Shown here one piece after another: positions 7,179-15,467 of a stretch of 64,000 bases of DNA (positions within the stretch are counted from its first letter, which is position 1; each line of letters opens with the position of its first letter). Below the pieces are notes generated by a model, which worked only from the letters and a program-made list of their open reading frames with translations, ran no database searches and was not told the DNA's origin. The position numbers and the translations under genes are program-made. The stretch is from Acidimicrobiales bacterium (lineage in GTDB: Bacteria; Actinomycetota; Acidimicrobiia; Acidimicrobiales; CADCTF01): NCBI GenBank assembly GCA_035540495.1, contig DATLGL010000064.1:4265-68264 (forward strand), given 5' to 3'.

Positions 7179-8380
7179 GGGAGGACCCCTGCGATGCGGC
7201 GGCCGACGCCGGCGATCCAGCCGAGCGCGCCCGTGGCCGCGGACGGAGTGGTTGCGGCAGCAGTCGACGAGGTGGTCGACGAGGTGGCGGTCGACGCCGC
7301 GCCCGGCACGGGCAGAGCAGGGGTTCCTGGCGGAGCCGACGGCAGCGGCGAAGCGCCGGGCGGGCACACCACGTCGACGGGCAGGCAGACCAACGGGCCG
7401 TCCACCCCGAGGACATCGAGCAGATCGGAGATCACCGGCGCCAGCGAGGTGCGGAGATCGATGCGGTGGTACTGCGGGTCGTACGACGCGTTGAGCCCCT
7501 CGTTCTTGCCGTCCAGGTCGTCGCCCGCCACCAGGATCGGCGCCGACGCGAGCAGGTCGCGAACCACGTCGATGTTCGTGCGCACCGAGTCGAGTGTCCG
7601 CGCGAGGACGTCGAGGTCGCGCTGCAGGCGAGCCCGATGCTCCGAGACGAGGTCGAGCCCGTCGACCGACAGCTGGGCCAGTGCCTTCACCAGGCGCTCG
7701 ACGTTTCGGCGCTCTTCTGCGAGGACCTTCGCCGTGGTGGCGAAGCCGTCGAGCACCTTCGCCAGCTGCTGCTCGCGGGTCACGAGCGTCGCGGTGAAGT
7801 CGTCGAAGTTGTCAACCAGAGCGGCGAGCTCGTCGTCCTTGCGGGCGAGGGTGACGGTCAGCTCGCTGATTCCCTTGATCGCCCGGTTCAGCGACGCGCC
7901 GTTGCCCTCCAGGTCGTCCGCGAGGTTCGTGACGAGCCGGCCGGTCGCGTTCGGGTCGAGGGTGTCGAGGAACTCCTTCAGCGCCGCCAGCGCCTCGTCG
8001 GGTTCGACGGGGATCGACGTCCGCTCCGTGGGGATGACGTCGCCGTTGCGGGCCCGTTCCTGGCCCGTCGTCCACGCCGGGAAGAGCTGGATGTAGCGCT
8101 CGCCGATCAGCGAGAGCGGAATGATCGAAGCGTTCACCTCCGCCGGCACCGGCACGTCGTTGCGGATCTTCATCTCGACCCGCACCCGGGTCGCCTGTGC
8201 CTCGACCTCGATGATCTCCCCGGCGGGCAGCCCGAGCACCCGCACGTCTCCGCCGGGATACAGCGAGATGCCACGCTCGAAGTACGCCGTGAGGGCGTAG
8301 GTGTCGCCGCCCGACGAACAGGCGGGCAGGAGCGCGCCCAGCACGAGCGCGACGACCCCGACGACGGTGGCGCGAGTCAC
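7175..8380 (-). CDS. Mce family protein, fourth position (MceD-like)
   Basis: 401 aa. N-terminal TM/possible lipobox (LGALLPACSS), MCE domain YALTAYFERGISLYPGGDVRVLGLPAGEI, and a Pro/Ser/Thr-rich tail. Confidence 0.85.
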   Translation of the reverse strand: MTRATVVGVVALVLGALLPACSSGGDTYALTAYFERGISLYPGGDVRVLGLPAGEIIEVEAQATRVRVEMKIRNDVPVPAEVNASIIPLSLIGERYIQLFPAWTTGQERARNGDVIPTERTSIPVEPDEALAALKEFLDTLDPNATGRLVTNLADDLEGNGASLNRAIKGISELTVTLARKDDELAALVDNFDDFTATLVTREQQLAKVLDGFATTAKVLAEERRNVERLVKALAQLSVDGLDLVSEHRARLQRDLDVLARTLDSVRTNIDVVRDLLASAPILVAGDDLDGKNEGLNASYDPQYHRIDLRTSLAPVISDLLDVLGVDGPLVCLPVDVVCPPGASPLPSAPPGTPALPVPGAASTATSSTTSSTAAATTPSAATGALGWIAGVGRRIAGVLP

Positions 8381-9396
8381 GGCACGACCCCCTCGGTGCC
8401 GACGAATGACTCGAGGAGCGTGATCACGTCAGGGCCGAGCGACCGGATGTAGATGTCCTGCCACGGTCCCTTCGTCGACGCCTTCGCCAGGCCGAGCGCG
8501 CCGGTGCCGAGCCACGACAGCGACCGGTCGATGTCACCGCTCCGGCGGTCGAGGATGTCGACCGTCGGGTGCAGGGTGTCGAGGATCAGGTCGAGCTGCG
8601 TCTTGTGCACCTGCACGATGCGCGACAGCTGCTCGAGCGACGTCGCACCGTCGTCCAGCGCCCGGCCGATGTCGGTCCGGCGCCGGGCGACGAGATCGAG
8701 CACCGCCTGGCTCTGGTCGATGAGCGCGACGAGGGTCTCGTCCTTCTCGGCCAGGGTGTCGGAGAGGGTGCGGGCCCGATCGAGCAGCTGCGACAGCTGC
8801 GCCTCCCGATCGGTGATCGCGGCGCTCACGTCGGTGATCCCGGAGGCGAGCTCGGCGATCTGGTCGTGCTTGCCCTCGGAGATGTCCGCGAGCTGGGTGA
8901 TGAGCCGGTTGAGCTTCTCGGTGTCGGTGGCCTCGATGCTCCTCGTGCCGACCTTGGTGAGCTCGAACACGTCGAACGGGGTCTTCGTCCGTTCCAACGG
9001 GATCACCCGCTCGTCTTCCGGCAGCTCCGCCAGGTAGGGCCTCTCGACCTCGCCGTCGAGGCGCAGGAACTTCGTCCCGAGCAGCGTCTGCAGCGCGATC
9101 TCCGCCGTCGTCTCCGGACCGAGATCGATGCCTCTGTTGACGAGGAAGTCGACGATCACCGTCCCTTCCTCGCGATCCGCCCGGACCTTGGTGACCCGGC
9201 CAACCTTCACACCGGCCACGCGCACGTCGTCACCGGCGTGGATGCCGCTCGCGTCGTTGAAGACGGCCTGCGCCGCGTAGGCCTTCTCGAAGAGCCGGAG
9301 GATGCCGACGGCGAAGGCGAACGCGACGAGGGCACCGATGATGGCGACGCTCACGAGGCCCACGACGATCGGGTTGCGATCGCGGAACGACTTCAT
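8377..9396 (-). CDS. Mce family protein, third position (MceC-like)
   Basis: 339 aa. TM anchor, then YAAQAVFNDASGIHAGDDVRVAGVKVGRVTKV. 4-nt overlaps at both ends. Confidence 0.9.
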   Translation of the reverse strand: MKSFRDRNPIVVGLVSVAIIGALVAFAFAVGILRLFEKAYAAQAVFNDASGIHAGDDVRVAGVKVGRVTKVRADREEGTVIVDFLVNRGIDLGPETTAEIALQTLLGTKFLRLDGEVERPYLAELPEDERVIPLERTKTPFDVFELTKVGTRSIEATDTEKLNRLITQLADISEGKHDQIAELASGITDVSAAITDREAQLSQLLDRARTLSDTLAEKDETLVALIDQSQAVLDLVARRRTDIGRALDDGATSLEQLSRIVQVHKTQLDLILDTLHPTVDILDRRSGDIDRSLSWLGTGALGLAKASTKGPWQDIYIRSLGPDVITLLESFVGTEGVVP

Positions 9397-10439
9397 CTCG
9401 TCGCTCCGAGGACCAGGCGCTCGAGAGCGCCGGCGCCACCCAGCGGGCCGTTGTCACCGGGCTTGGCCGACGCCGGGTCGCAGCGGCTCTCGATGGGCGT
9501 GCTCGCCCCCATCCGCAGGCACAGGATCTGCTGGTTCAGGAACTCGCCGTAGCTCGCGCTGCGGAAGAGCGCCGCGGATGCCTCATCGAGCTTGCTCACG
9601 GTGTCGTCGAGGGTGGGCAGCTTCGTCTCGACGAGGCGGATGATCGTCGCGAGGTTCGCGACGATCCGGTCGATCTCCGCCCGGTTGTTCTGGAGCAGCG
9701 GCGCGACGTCTGCACTGACATCGCCAAGATCGGTGATCGCGGTGTCGAGGATGTCGGTGTTCTCGCGGAACGTCGTGGCGATCGCGAGCAGGTTGTCGAG
9801 CACCTGGCGGATCTGCTGGTCGCGGCTCGCGATGGTTCCCGCGACCGTGTTGAGGTTCTCGACGAGACGCCCGATGGCCTCATCCCGTCGGGCGAGGGAC
9901 GAGGTCAGCCGGGCGAGGTCGTCGATCGCGTCGCGCACCGCGGCCTCGTTCCCGTCGAGGCCCTTGACGACGGCGTCGAGGAATGTGTTGACCTGTTCGG
10001 GGTCGATCGCCTGCACGATCGGTCCGAGCCGGTTGAACAGCTCGCCGAGATCGACGACCTCCTTCGTCCTGGCGATCACTCCCCCGTTGCGCAGCACCGT
10101 CGACGCGCCGCCCGGGTACAGGTACAGGTACCGCTGGCCGAGGAGGTTCCGCCATCGCACGGCGGCCTCCGAGTCGGTGGCGAGTCGGACGTCGTCGCGC
10201 ACGCTGAACGAGACGACCGCCTGCCCCTTCTCCACCCGGATCCCGGTCACCTTGCCCACGACGACGCCCGCGACCTTGACGTTGTCGTCGACGAGGAGCC
10301 CGGTGACGTCGTCGAACGTGGCCGACAGCGAGTACTCGTCGGTGAACAGGCGGACGTTGCCGATGGTGAAGGCGAGGTAGCCGGTGAAGAACGCGCACAC
10401 CGCCACGAAGACGACGAGCTTGACGATCGTCGCCTTCAT
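9393..10439 (-). CDS. Mce family protein, second position (MceB-like)
   Basis: 348 aa. TM anchor, then YSLSATFDDVTGLLVDDNVKVAGVVVGKVTGI. Confidence 0.9.
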   Translation of the reverse strand: MKATIVKLVVFVAVCAFFTGYLAFTIGNVRLFTDEYSLSATFDDVTGLLVDDNVKVAGVVVGKVTGIRVEKGQAVVSFSVRDDVRLATDSEAAVRWRNLLGQRYLYLYPGGASTVLRNGGVIARTKEVVDLGELFNRLGPIVQAIDPEQVNTFLDAVVKGLDGNEAAVRDAIDDLARLTSSLARRDEAIGRLVENLNTVAGTIASRDQQIRQVLDNLLAIATTFRENTDILDTAITDLGDVSADVAPLLQNNRAEIDRIVANLATIIRLVETKLPTLDDTVSKLDEASAALFRSASYGEFLNQQILCLRMGASTPIESRCDPASAKPGDNGPLGGAGALERLVLGATR

Positions 10440-11632
10440 CGGAGCGTCCCCCCGACGAGGCTGACGAGGCCCTCGGCGCCGCCCTGCGGCAGCGGCAGCG
10501 GTAGCGGCTCGACGCCCTGGTCGCTCTGCCCGCTCTGCCCGTCACGGTTTGCACTGGCGCCGGTGCCGGTGCCTGCTCGTCCGTTCGCCGACCGCCCCGC
10601 GACGCCGCCGTCGTAGGTCGGGCACCCGGCGGTCGTCCGCCCGCACTCCGAACCGCCGCCGATGATGCCCTTGACGGCGGCGAGGCGGGTGCCGTCCCCG
10701 AGCTCGATGCGTCCGACCTCGCTCAGCACCTGGACGAAGTAGCGCAGGCCGCGAACCAGCCCCGGGATCTGGGCCTTGCGCGCCTCGAGGACCGTCAGCG
10801 CCTTGCCGCCCTTGGTGATCGACTTGTCGAGGAACGGACGGTTCGCCTCCAACACGTCGGCCAAGTCGGCCGACAGCCGGGCCGACTGGTCGAGCACCGT
10901 GGCCAGCTGTTCGCTGCGGGCGTTCAGCGGAGGCAACGCGACGTTGAGGTCGCGGGCACCGGCGACGAGGTCGTCGCTGCGCAGGGCGAGCTCCTCCGAG
11001 AGCAGGGCCAGGTCGTCGAGGAACTGCTGGGTGTCTCGCGCATGGCGTGCCTGCACGTCGGCGACGAGCGTGAAGTTGGCGATCGACCGGTTGACCGTCT
11101 CGCCCATCCCCCTCCCCGCCGCCGCGAGCTCACCGAGGATCACCGCGAGCTGGTCGCCGTCGACCGCCTGCAGCACGGGATAGAGGTCGCCGAGGATGCG
11201 CTCGAGCTCGAAGCCACCGACCGTGTCCTCGATCCGGCCGCCGTCACGAAGGAACGGCCCTGTGGTCTCCGCGTCGCCGGGGTCGATGTCGACGAACTTC
11301 TCGCCGAAGAGCGTCTTCGGCCGGATGGTCGCGGTCGACGAGGTCGGGATGCGCTCCGCCTTGTCGATCTTCATCGTGACCTTGGCGCGGCCGCCCTCCA
11401 AGTCGACCGCTGCGACCTCTCCGATGTTGACGCCGTGGATCTTGACGTCGGACTCGGGCAGCAGACCCTGGCCCGCGCTGTCGAAGATGCCGACGACGTC
11501 ATAGGTCGGGTCGAACGCGCCGTTCGCCGCGCTCACGCCGACGTACGCCGCGCCGGTCACCAGGATCACCGAGATGACGCCGGCGATGATGCTGCGCCCG
11601 CGTGCGCTCGTCGGCCCCAGCAGCCAGCGCAA
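10436..11632 (-). CDS. Mce family protein, first position (MceA-like)
   Basis: 398 aa with a TTG start abutting the permease stop. YDVVGIFDSAGQGLLPESDVKIHGVNIGEVAAV. Confidence 0.9.
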   Translation of the reverse strand: MRWLLGPTSARGRSIIAGVISVILVTGAAYVGVSAANGAFDPTYDVVGIFDSAGQGLLPESDVKIHGVNIGEVAAVDLEGGRAKVTMKIDKAERIPTSSTATIRPKTLFGEKFVDIDPGDAETTGPFLRDGGRIEDTVGGFELERILGDLYPVLQAVDGDQLAVILGELAAAGRGMGETVNRSIANFTLVADVQARHARDTQQFLDDLALLSEELALRSDDLVAGARDLNVALPPLNARSEQLATVLDQSARLSADLADVLEANRPFLDKSITKGGKALTVLEARKAQIPGLVRGLRYFVQVLSEVGRIELGDGTRLAAVKGIIGGGSECGRTTAGCPTYDGGVAGRSANGRAGTGTGASANRDGQSGQSDQGVEPLPLPLPQGGAEGLVSLVGGTLR

Positions 11633-12487
11633 CTAGCCGGCCACCTTCACCGTGTTGCCGCCTCCCCAGAAGAGCAGCGAGAGCAAGAGGTTGAGAACGA
11701 CCACGGTGACGATCGACAGGCGGATGGCCCGCCCGACCGCCACGCCGACACCCTCGGGACCGCCCTTGGCGTAGAAGCCGTAGTAGCAGTGGATGAGAGT
11801 GACGGCGACGGCGAACACGCACGCCTTCGCCAGGCTGTAGACGACGTCGATCGCGGGCAGGTACAGCCGGAAGTAGTGCTGGTAGATGCCGGGCGACAAT
11901 CCGAAGAAGCGGGTCGTGACGAGCTCCGTGGCGAGGAAGCTCGCGTAGAGGCTGAACAGGTAGAGCGGGATGATGCAGAGGAGGGCGGCCATCACCCGGG
12001 TGCACACGAGGTAGATGAACGACGGCACGCTCATCACCTCGAGCGCATCGATCTCGTCGCTGATCCGCATCGCGCCGAGCTCCGCGGTGAAGCCCGCTCC
12101 GACCTGCGCGGCGAACGCGACGCCGGCGATCAGTGGCGTCACCTCGCGTGTGTTGGCGAAGCTGCCTACCAGCCCGGTGAACGCCTCGGCGCCGATCTGC
12201 TCGAGGCCCTTGAACCCCTGCAGCCCGACCTCGGTGCCGGTGAAGAACGACATCGAGAAGATGACGAAGACCATCCCGCCGCCGACGACGAAGGCACCTG
12301 CGCCGATCGCGATGTCGGAGATGAGAGCGAAGAGCATCGTGCCGTAGCCACGACGGAAGACCTGCAGCGTGACGACGTCCCACAGGATGCGCCCGTAGAA
12401 GCCGAGTTGCCGCCCGACCTCGTCCATCGCGTCGGCCATCCACCGGAACGGCTTGTTCAGCGGCTGCAGCCGCGCAGGCAGGGCCAT
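11633..12487 (-). CDS. ABC permease, MlaE/YrbE family (YrbEB-like)
   Basis: 284 aa and multi-TM. ISDEIDALEVMSVPSFIYLVCTRVMAA is the conserved MlaE EExDA-type loop. Confidence 0.9.
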   Translation of the reverse strand: MALPARLQPLNKPFRWMADAMDEVGRQLGFYGRILWDVVTLQVFRRGYGTMLFALISDIAIGAGAFVVGGGMVFVIFSMSFFTGTEVGLQGFKGLEQIGAEAFTGLVGSFANTREVTPLIAGVAFAAQVGAGFTAELGAMRISDEIDALEVMSVPSFIYLVCTRVMAALLCIIPLYLFSLYASFLATELVTTRFFGLSPGIYQHYFRLYLPAIDVVYSLAKACVFAVAVTLIHCYYGFYAKGGPEGVGVAVGRAIRLSIVTVVVLNLLLSLLFWGGGNTVKVAG

Positions 12488-12494
12488 CGATCTC

Positions 12495-13277
12495 TCAGAA
12501 CTTCTGCGGGATCACGGCGAAGTAGAGCGTGGTCAGGATGAAGTTGGCGAAGAAGATCAGGATGAAGGTCACCACGACCGCCTGGTTGACCGCGTCGCCG
12601 ACGCCTTTCGGCCCACCCTTCGCGTAGAGGCCCTTGTAGCAGGCCACCATCGCGGCGAGGAACCCGAAGACGAACGCCTTCACCAGCGCCGACCACAGGT
12701 CAGGCAGCTGCACGAGAGCGGTGAACCCGCTGAAGTAGGCGCCCGCCGTCGTGCCCTGCACGATCACGTTGAAGACGAACCCGCCGGCGAGGCCGGCGAC
12801 GCTGACGAGGCTGACGAGCGCCAGGGCGACGAAGCTCGCGGCCCAGAGCCGGGGCGTGACCAGGCGGTGCACGGGGTTGATCGCCATGACCTCCATCGCC
12901 GAGATCTCGTCGCGGATCTTGCGGCTGCCGAGGTCGGCGGTCATCGCGCTGCCGCCGGCGCCGGCGATGAGGAGCGCCGTGGCTACCGGGGCGGCCTCTC
13001 GCACGATCGCGAGCACCATCGCCGCACCGGTCGCCGACTCCGCGCCCAGCTGCCGGTTGAACGACCCGACGTGGAGCGCGATCACCATCCCGAACGGGAT
13101 CGAGATCAGGATCACCGGGAGGATCGTCACCTTGGCGATGAACCAGCACTGCGACAGGAACTCGCCGAACCACTCGTTGATCCGCCACGTCGCTCGGAGG
13201 CCTTCGAGGCAGATGGCGAACATGTTCCCGGTCTCCCGCAGCAGCACCTGCGGCTTGTCGAGGAACGCGGAGGTCAT
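12495..13277 (-). CDS. ABC permease, MlaE/YrbE family (YrbEA-like)
   Basis: C-terminal 260 aa of track ORF 12495-14147. ATG 13275-13277 overlaps the ATPase stop (ATGA). IRDEISAMEVMAINPVHRLVTPRLWA. Confidence 0.9.
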   Translation of the reverse strand: MTSAFLDKPQVLLRETGNMFAICLEGLRATWRINEWFGEFLSQCWFIAKVTILPVILISIPFGMVIALHVGSFNRQLGAESATGAAMVLAIVREAAPVATALLIAGAGGSAMTADLGSRKIRDEISAMEVMAINPVHRLVTPRLWAASFVALALVSLVSVAGLAGGFVFNVIVQGTTAGAYFSGFTALVQLPDLWSALVKAFVFGFLAAMVACYKGLYAKGGPKGVGDAVNQAVVVTFILIFFANFILTTLYFAVIPQKF

Positions 13278-14137
13278 ACCGAGAGCACCTCGTCGGTCTC
13301 GCCGGACTCGAGGCGTTCGTCTTCCTGCTCCTCGAGGATCGACTCGATCTCGCTGCCCGAGTCCGACATCTCGTCCATGCCGATCGGCCCCTTGGCCCGA
13401 CCGCGGAGGAACTGACGGATGATCGGGTTGTCGCTCTCGCGCATCTCGTCCTTCGACGCGAACTTGACGAGCCCCGACCGGAACAGGACGCCCATGTAAT
13501 CCGCCGTCCGCATCACCGACGGGATGTTGTGGGTGATGATGAAGAACGTCGCCCCGGTCTCCCGCTGCACGTTCACCACGAGCTCGTCGAGGTAGGCGAC
13601 GCGCACCGGGTCGAGGCCGGAGTCGGGCTCGTCGAAGAGGACGATCTCCGGGTTCATCACGAGCGCCCTGGCGAGGCCGGCCCGCTTCTTCATCCCGCCC
13701 GACACCTCGCCCGGCGTCTTCTTGAGGTGGTCGAGCAGACCGACGAGGCCGGCCTTCTCGATGACGATGTCCTTCACCTCGCGCTCGGGCTTCTTCGTGT
13801 GCTCGCGCAGGGGGAACGCGATGTTGTCGAAGAGGTTCATCGAGCCGAAGAGCGCGCCGTCCTGGAACAGGACACCGAACTTGCGGCGGACGCGGTAGAG
13901 GTCCTTCTCCCGCATCCCGACGATGTTCTCGCCGTCGACCCAGATCTCGCCTCGCTCGGGCTGGAGGAGGCCGATGATGTTCTTCAGGAGGACGGACTTC
14001 CCGGTGCCGGACGGGCCCAGGATCGCGGTGATCTTGCCGCGAGGGACGTCGAAGGAGATGTCCTGCAACACCGTGTGCGACCCGAACGACTTGGTGACCC
14101 CTCGCAACGAGATGATCGCCTCGGTCGCTTCGCCCAC
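13274..14137 (-). CDS. ABC transporter ATP-binding protein of the Mce system (Mkl/MceG/MlaF-like)
   Basis: Walker A GPSGTGKS, signature SGGMKKR, Walker B IVLFDEPDSGLD, plus an acidic C-terminal tail. Confidence 0.9.
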   Translation of the reverse strand: MGEATEAIISLRGVTKSFGSHTVLQDISFDVPRGKITAILGPSGTGKSVLLKNIIGLLQPERGEIWVDGENIVGMREKDLYRVRRKFGVLFQDGALFGSMNLFDNIAFPLREHTKKPEREVKDIVIEKAGLVGLLDHLKKTPGEVSGGMKKRAGLARALVMNPEIVLFDEPDSGLDPVRVAYLDELVVNVQRETGATFFIITHNIPSVMRTADYMGVLFRSGLVKFASKDEMRESDNPIIRQFLRGRAKGPIGMDEMSDSGSEIESILEEQEDERLESGETDEVLSV

Positions 14138-14190
14138 TCCACCCCACGTGCTGCAGCGTCTGTGACGGGCGGCACTGTACTGGAGTAGTA

Positions 14191-14290
14191 GGAGATCCTG
14201 GAGCCCGTTGGTGCCATCCGGTAGCCCGCTCCTGCCGGCGAGCGGCGGAGGGGTTATTGGGACGTTCTCTACTTGGGCTCCAGGATCCCC
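14191..14290 (-). promoter_or_regulatory. long-range inverted repeat in the mce upstream/leader region
   Basis: GGAGATCCTGGAGCCC (14191-14206) versus GGGCTCCAGGATCCCC (14275-14290), 15/16 complementary. It lies 54-153 nt upstream of the ATPase start in a 334-bp non-coding gap. Confidence 0.3.
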
Positions 14291-14471
14291 TGCCCTAACT
14301 CACCCCCAACCGACCGGAGACCGACCGGTTGGCCCACGACCTGGCGAATGGGGCGCTAGGACCGCCGACAGTTATGGCGCGGTGAACAAGAGGCGTCAAG
14401 CGGGTGTCCGCCGACAGCACCTGGGAGAACGCGCGTTATCTCTGGTCAGCCGGGGTGCGGATTTCTTTTGC

Positions 14472-15365
14472 TCAGGCGCCGGATCCGCGGCACCAGGCAC
14501 GCAGGTAGCCGTAGGGGTCGATCGAGGCGCCGCCGCCCGGCTTCACCTCGAAGTGCAGGTGCGGCGGGGTCCCCTTGGCGTTGCCGGTCGTTCCCACGGT
14601 TCCGATCTTCTGGCCCCGCTCGACCCGACCGCCGGAGACGGAGATGGAGTCGAGATGAGATCCGTAGTAGGTCGTGCCGTCGTCGCCGTCGATGTAGTAG
14701 GCGATGCCGGCCCGGGCACCATCGGCCCGGCGCAGCGTGCCGTCGACCGATGCGAGCACCGGCGTGCCCCGCTTGGCGAAGATGTCGTTGCCCGCGTGGT
14801 TCCGTCCACCGTGGCGGGGAGCGCCGAAGCTGTTCGAGAAGTCGAACTTGCCGGCGTTCTGGACAGGGCACACGGGCTGCGGACGATCCGCCTTCGCCTG
14901 CTCTGACGCACTCCCCGCCGAAGCGGCCCCCTCCGCGGAATCGGGCAGCGTGAGCTCACGTCCGTCACGGACGCGGCGCTCGTCCTTGATGTCGTTGAGC
15001 TTCTTGAGCTCGTCGACGGTCACCTTGTACCGCTTGGCGATCGACCCGAGCGTCTCGCCCGGAGCGACCTTGTGCACCTTGAGCCCGCCACCGGCAGCGG
15101 CCCGAGCAGGCGTCGACGAGGCGATGGGCCTCGCGACGGCGACCTGCGCGGCGGACTTGTCGGGGATGACGAGCTTGGTCCCCTCACGCACCTTGTGGGG
15201 GTTCTCGATCGCGTTCGCGGACGTGATCGCTTCCACGGGCACGCCGAACTTGCGGGCGAGCCCACCAAGGGTGTCGCCCCACTTGAGGGTGTACGTGCTC
15301 GACCCGGCGCCAGCAGCGACGAGGAGCACCACGATCAGCGCCAGACGACGCGCAGCAGTCTTCAT
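14472..15365 (-). CDS. secreted LysM-LysM-M23 peptidoglycan metalloendopeptidase
   Basis: Start taken at MKTAARRLALIVVLLVAAGAG (signal peptide). Two LysM repeats (YTLKWGDTLGGLARKFGV; HKVAPGETLGSIAKRYKV). M23 motifs HAGNDI and PPHLHFEV. Confidence 0.85.
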   Translation of the reverse strand: MKTAARRLALIVVLLVAAGAGSSTYTLKWGDTLGGLARKFGVPVEAITSANAIENPHKVREGTKLVIPDKSAAQVAVARPIASSTPARAAAGGGLKVHKVAPGETLGSIAKRYKVTVDELKKLNDIKDERRVRDGRELTLPDSAEGAASAGSASEQAKADRPQPVCPVQNAGKFDFSNSFGAPRHGGRNHAGNDIFAKRGTPVLASVDGTLRRADGARAGIAYYIDGDDGTTYYGSHLDSISVSGGRVERGQKIGTVGTTGNAKGTPPHLHFEVKPGGGASIDPYGYLRAWCRGSGA

Positions 15366-15467
15366 GAGAGGTCTCCCTCTCCGCCCATGCTCACCGTACC
15401 CAAACCACATGCGTCACATCAACCCCTCCAGTAACACTTCGGTCACCAGAGGTAGCGGCTTGAGGCG

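Noticed and set aside
4975-7416. The 813-aa ORF (and 12495-14147, 550 aa; 44001-45797, 598 aa; 41265-42545; 33584-35227; 28194-29681) taken at face value as single long proteins.
   Set aside because: In each, the N-terminal portion is Arg/Pro-rich junk overlapping the true upstream gene in another frame. Recognisable N-termini (Mce TM anchor, YrbE, LON-N, TrmI, Dop, PafA) start at internal ATG/GTG codons that form 4-nt overlaps or short gaps with the upstream stop.
7175-8380. Second lipoprotein in the Mce set (LGALLPACSS in the fourth Mce protein) in addition to the fifth-position lipoprotein.
   Set aside because: The -2 Pro makes the lipobox atypical, so I cannot distinguish a lipobox from a plain TM anchor without a predictor. 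It is noted in the feature evidence only.
15366-15467. Possible c-di-AMP (ydaO-type) riboswitch upstream of the LysM/M23 cell-wall hydrolase, as is common in Actinobacteria.
   Set aside because: The gap is only ~100 nt. I could not recognise the pseudo-symmetric conserved cores of that motif by eye. A covariance-model scan (Rfam ydaO-yuaA) would be needed, so it is not supportable from reading alone.
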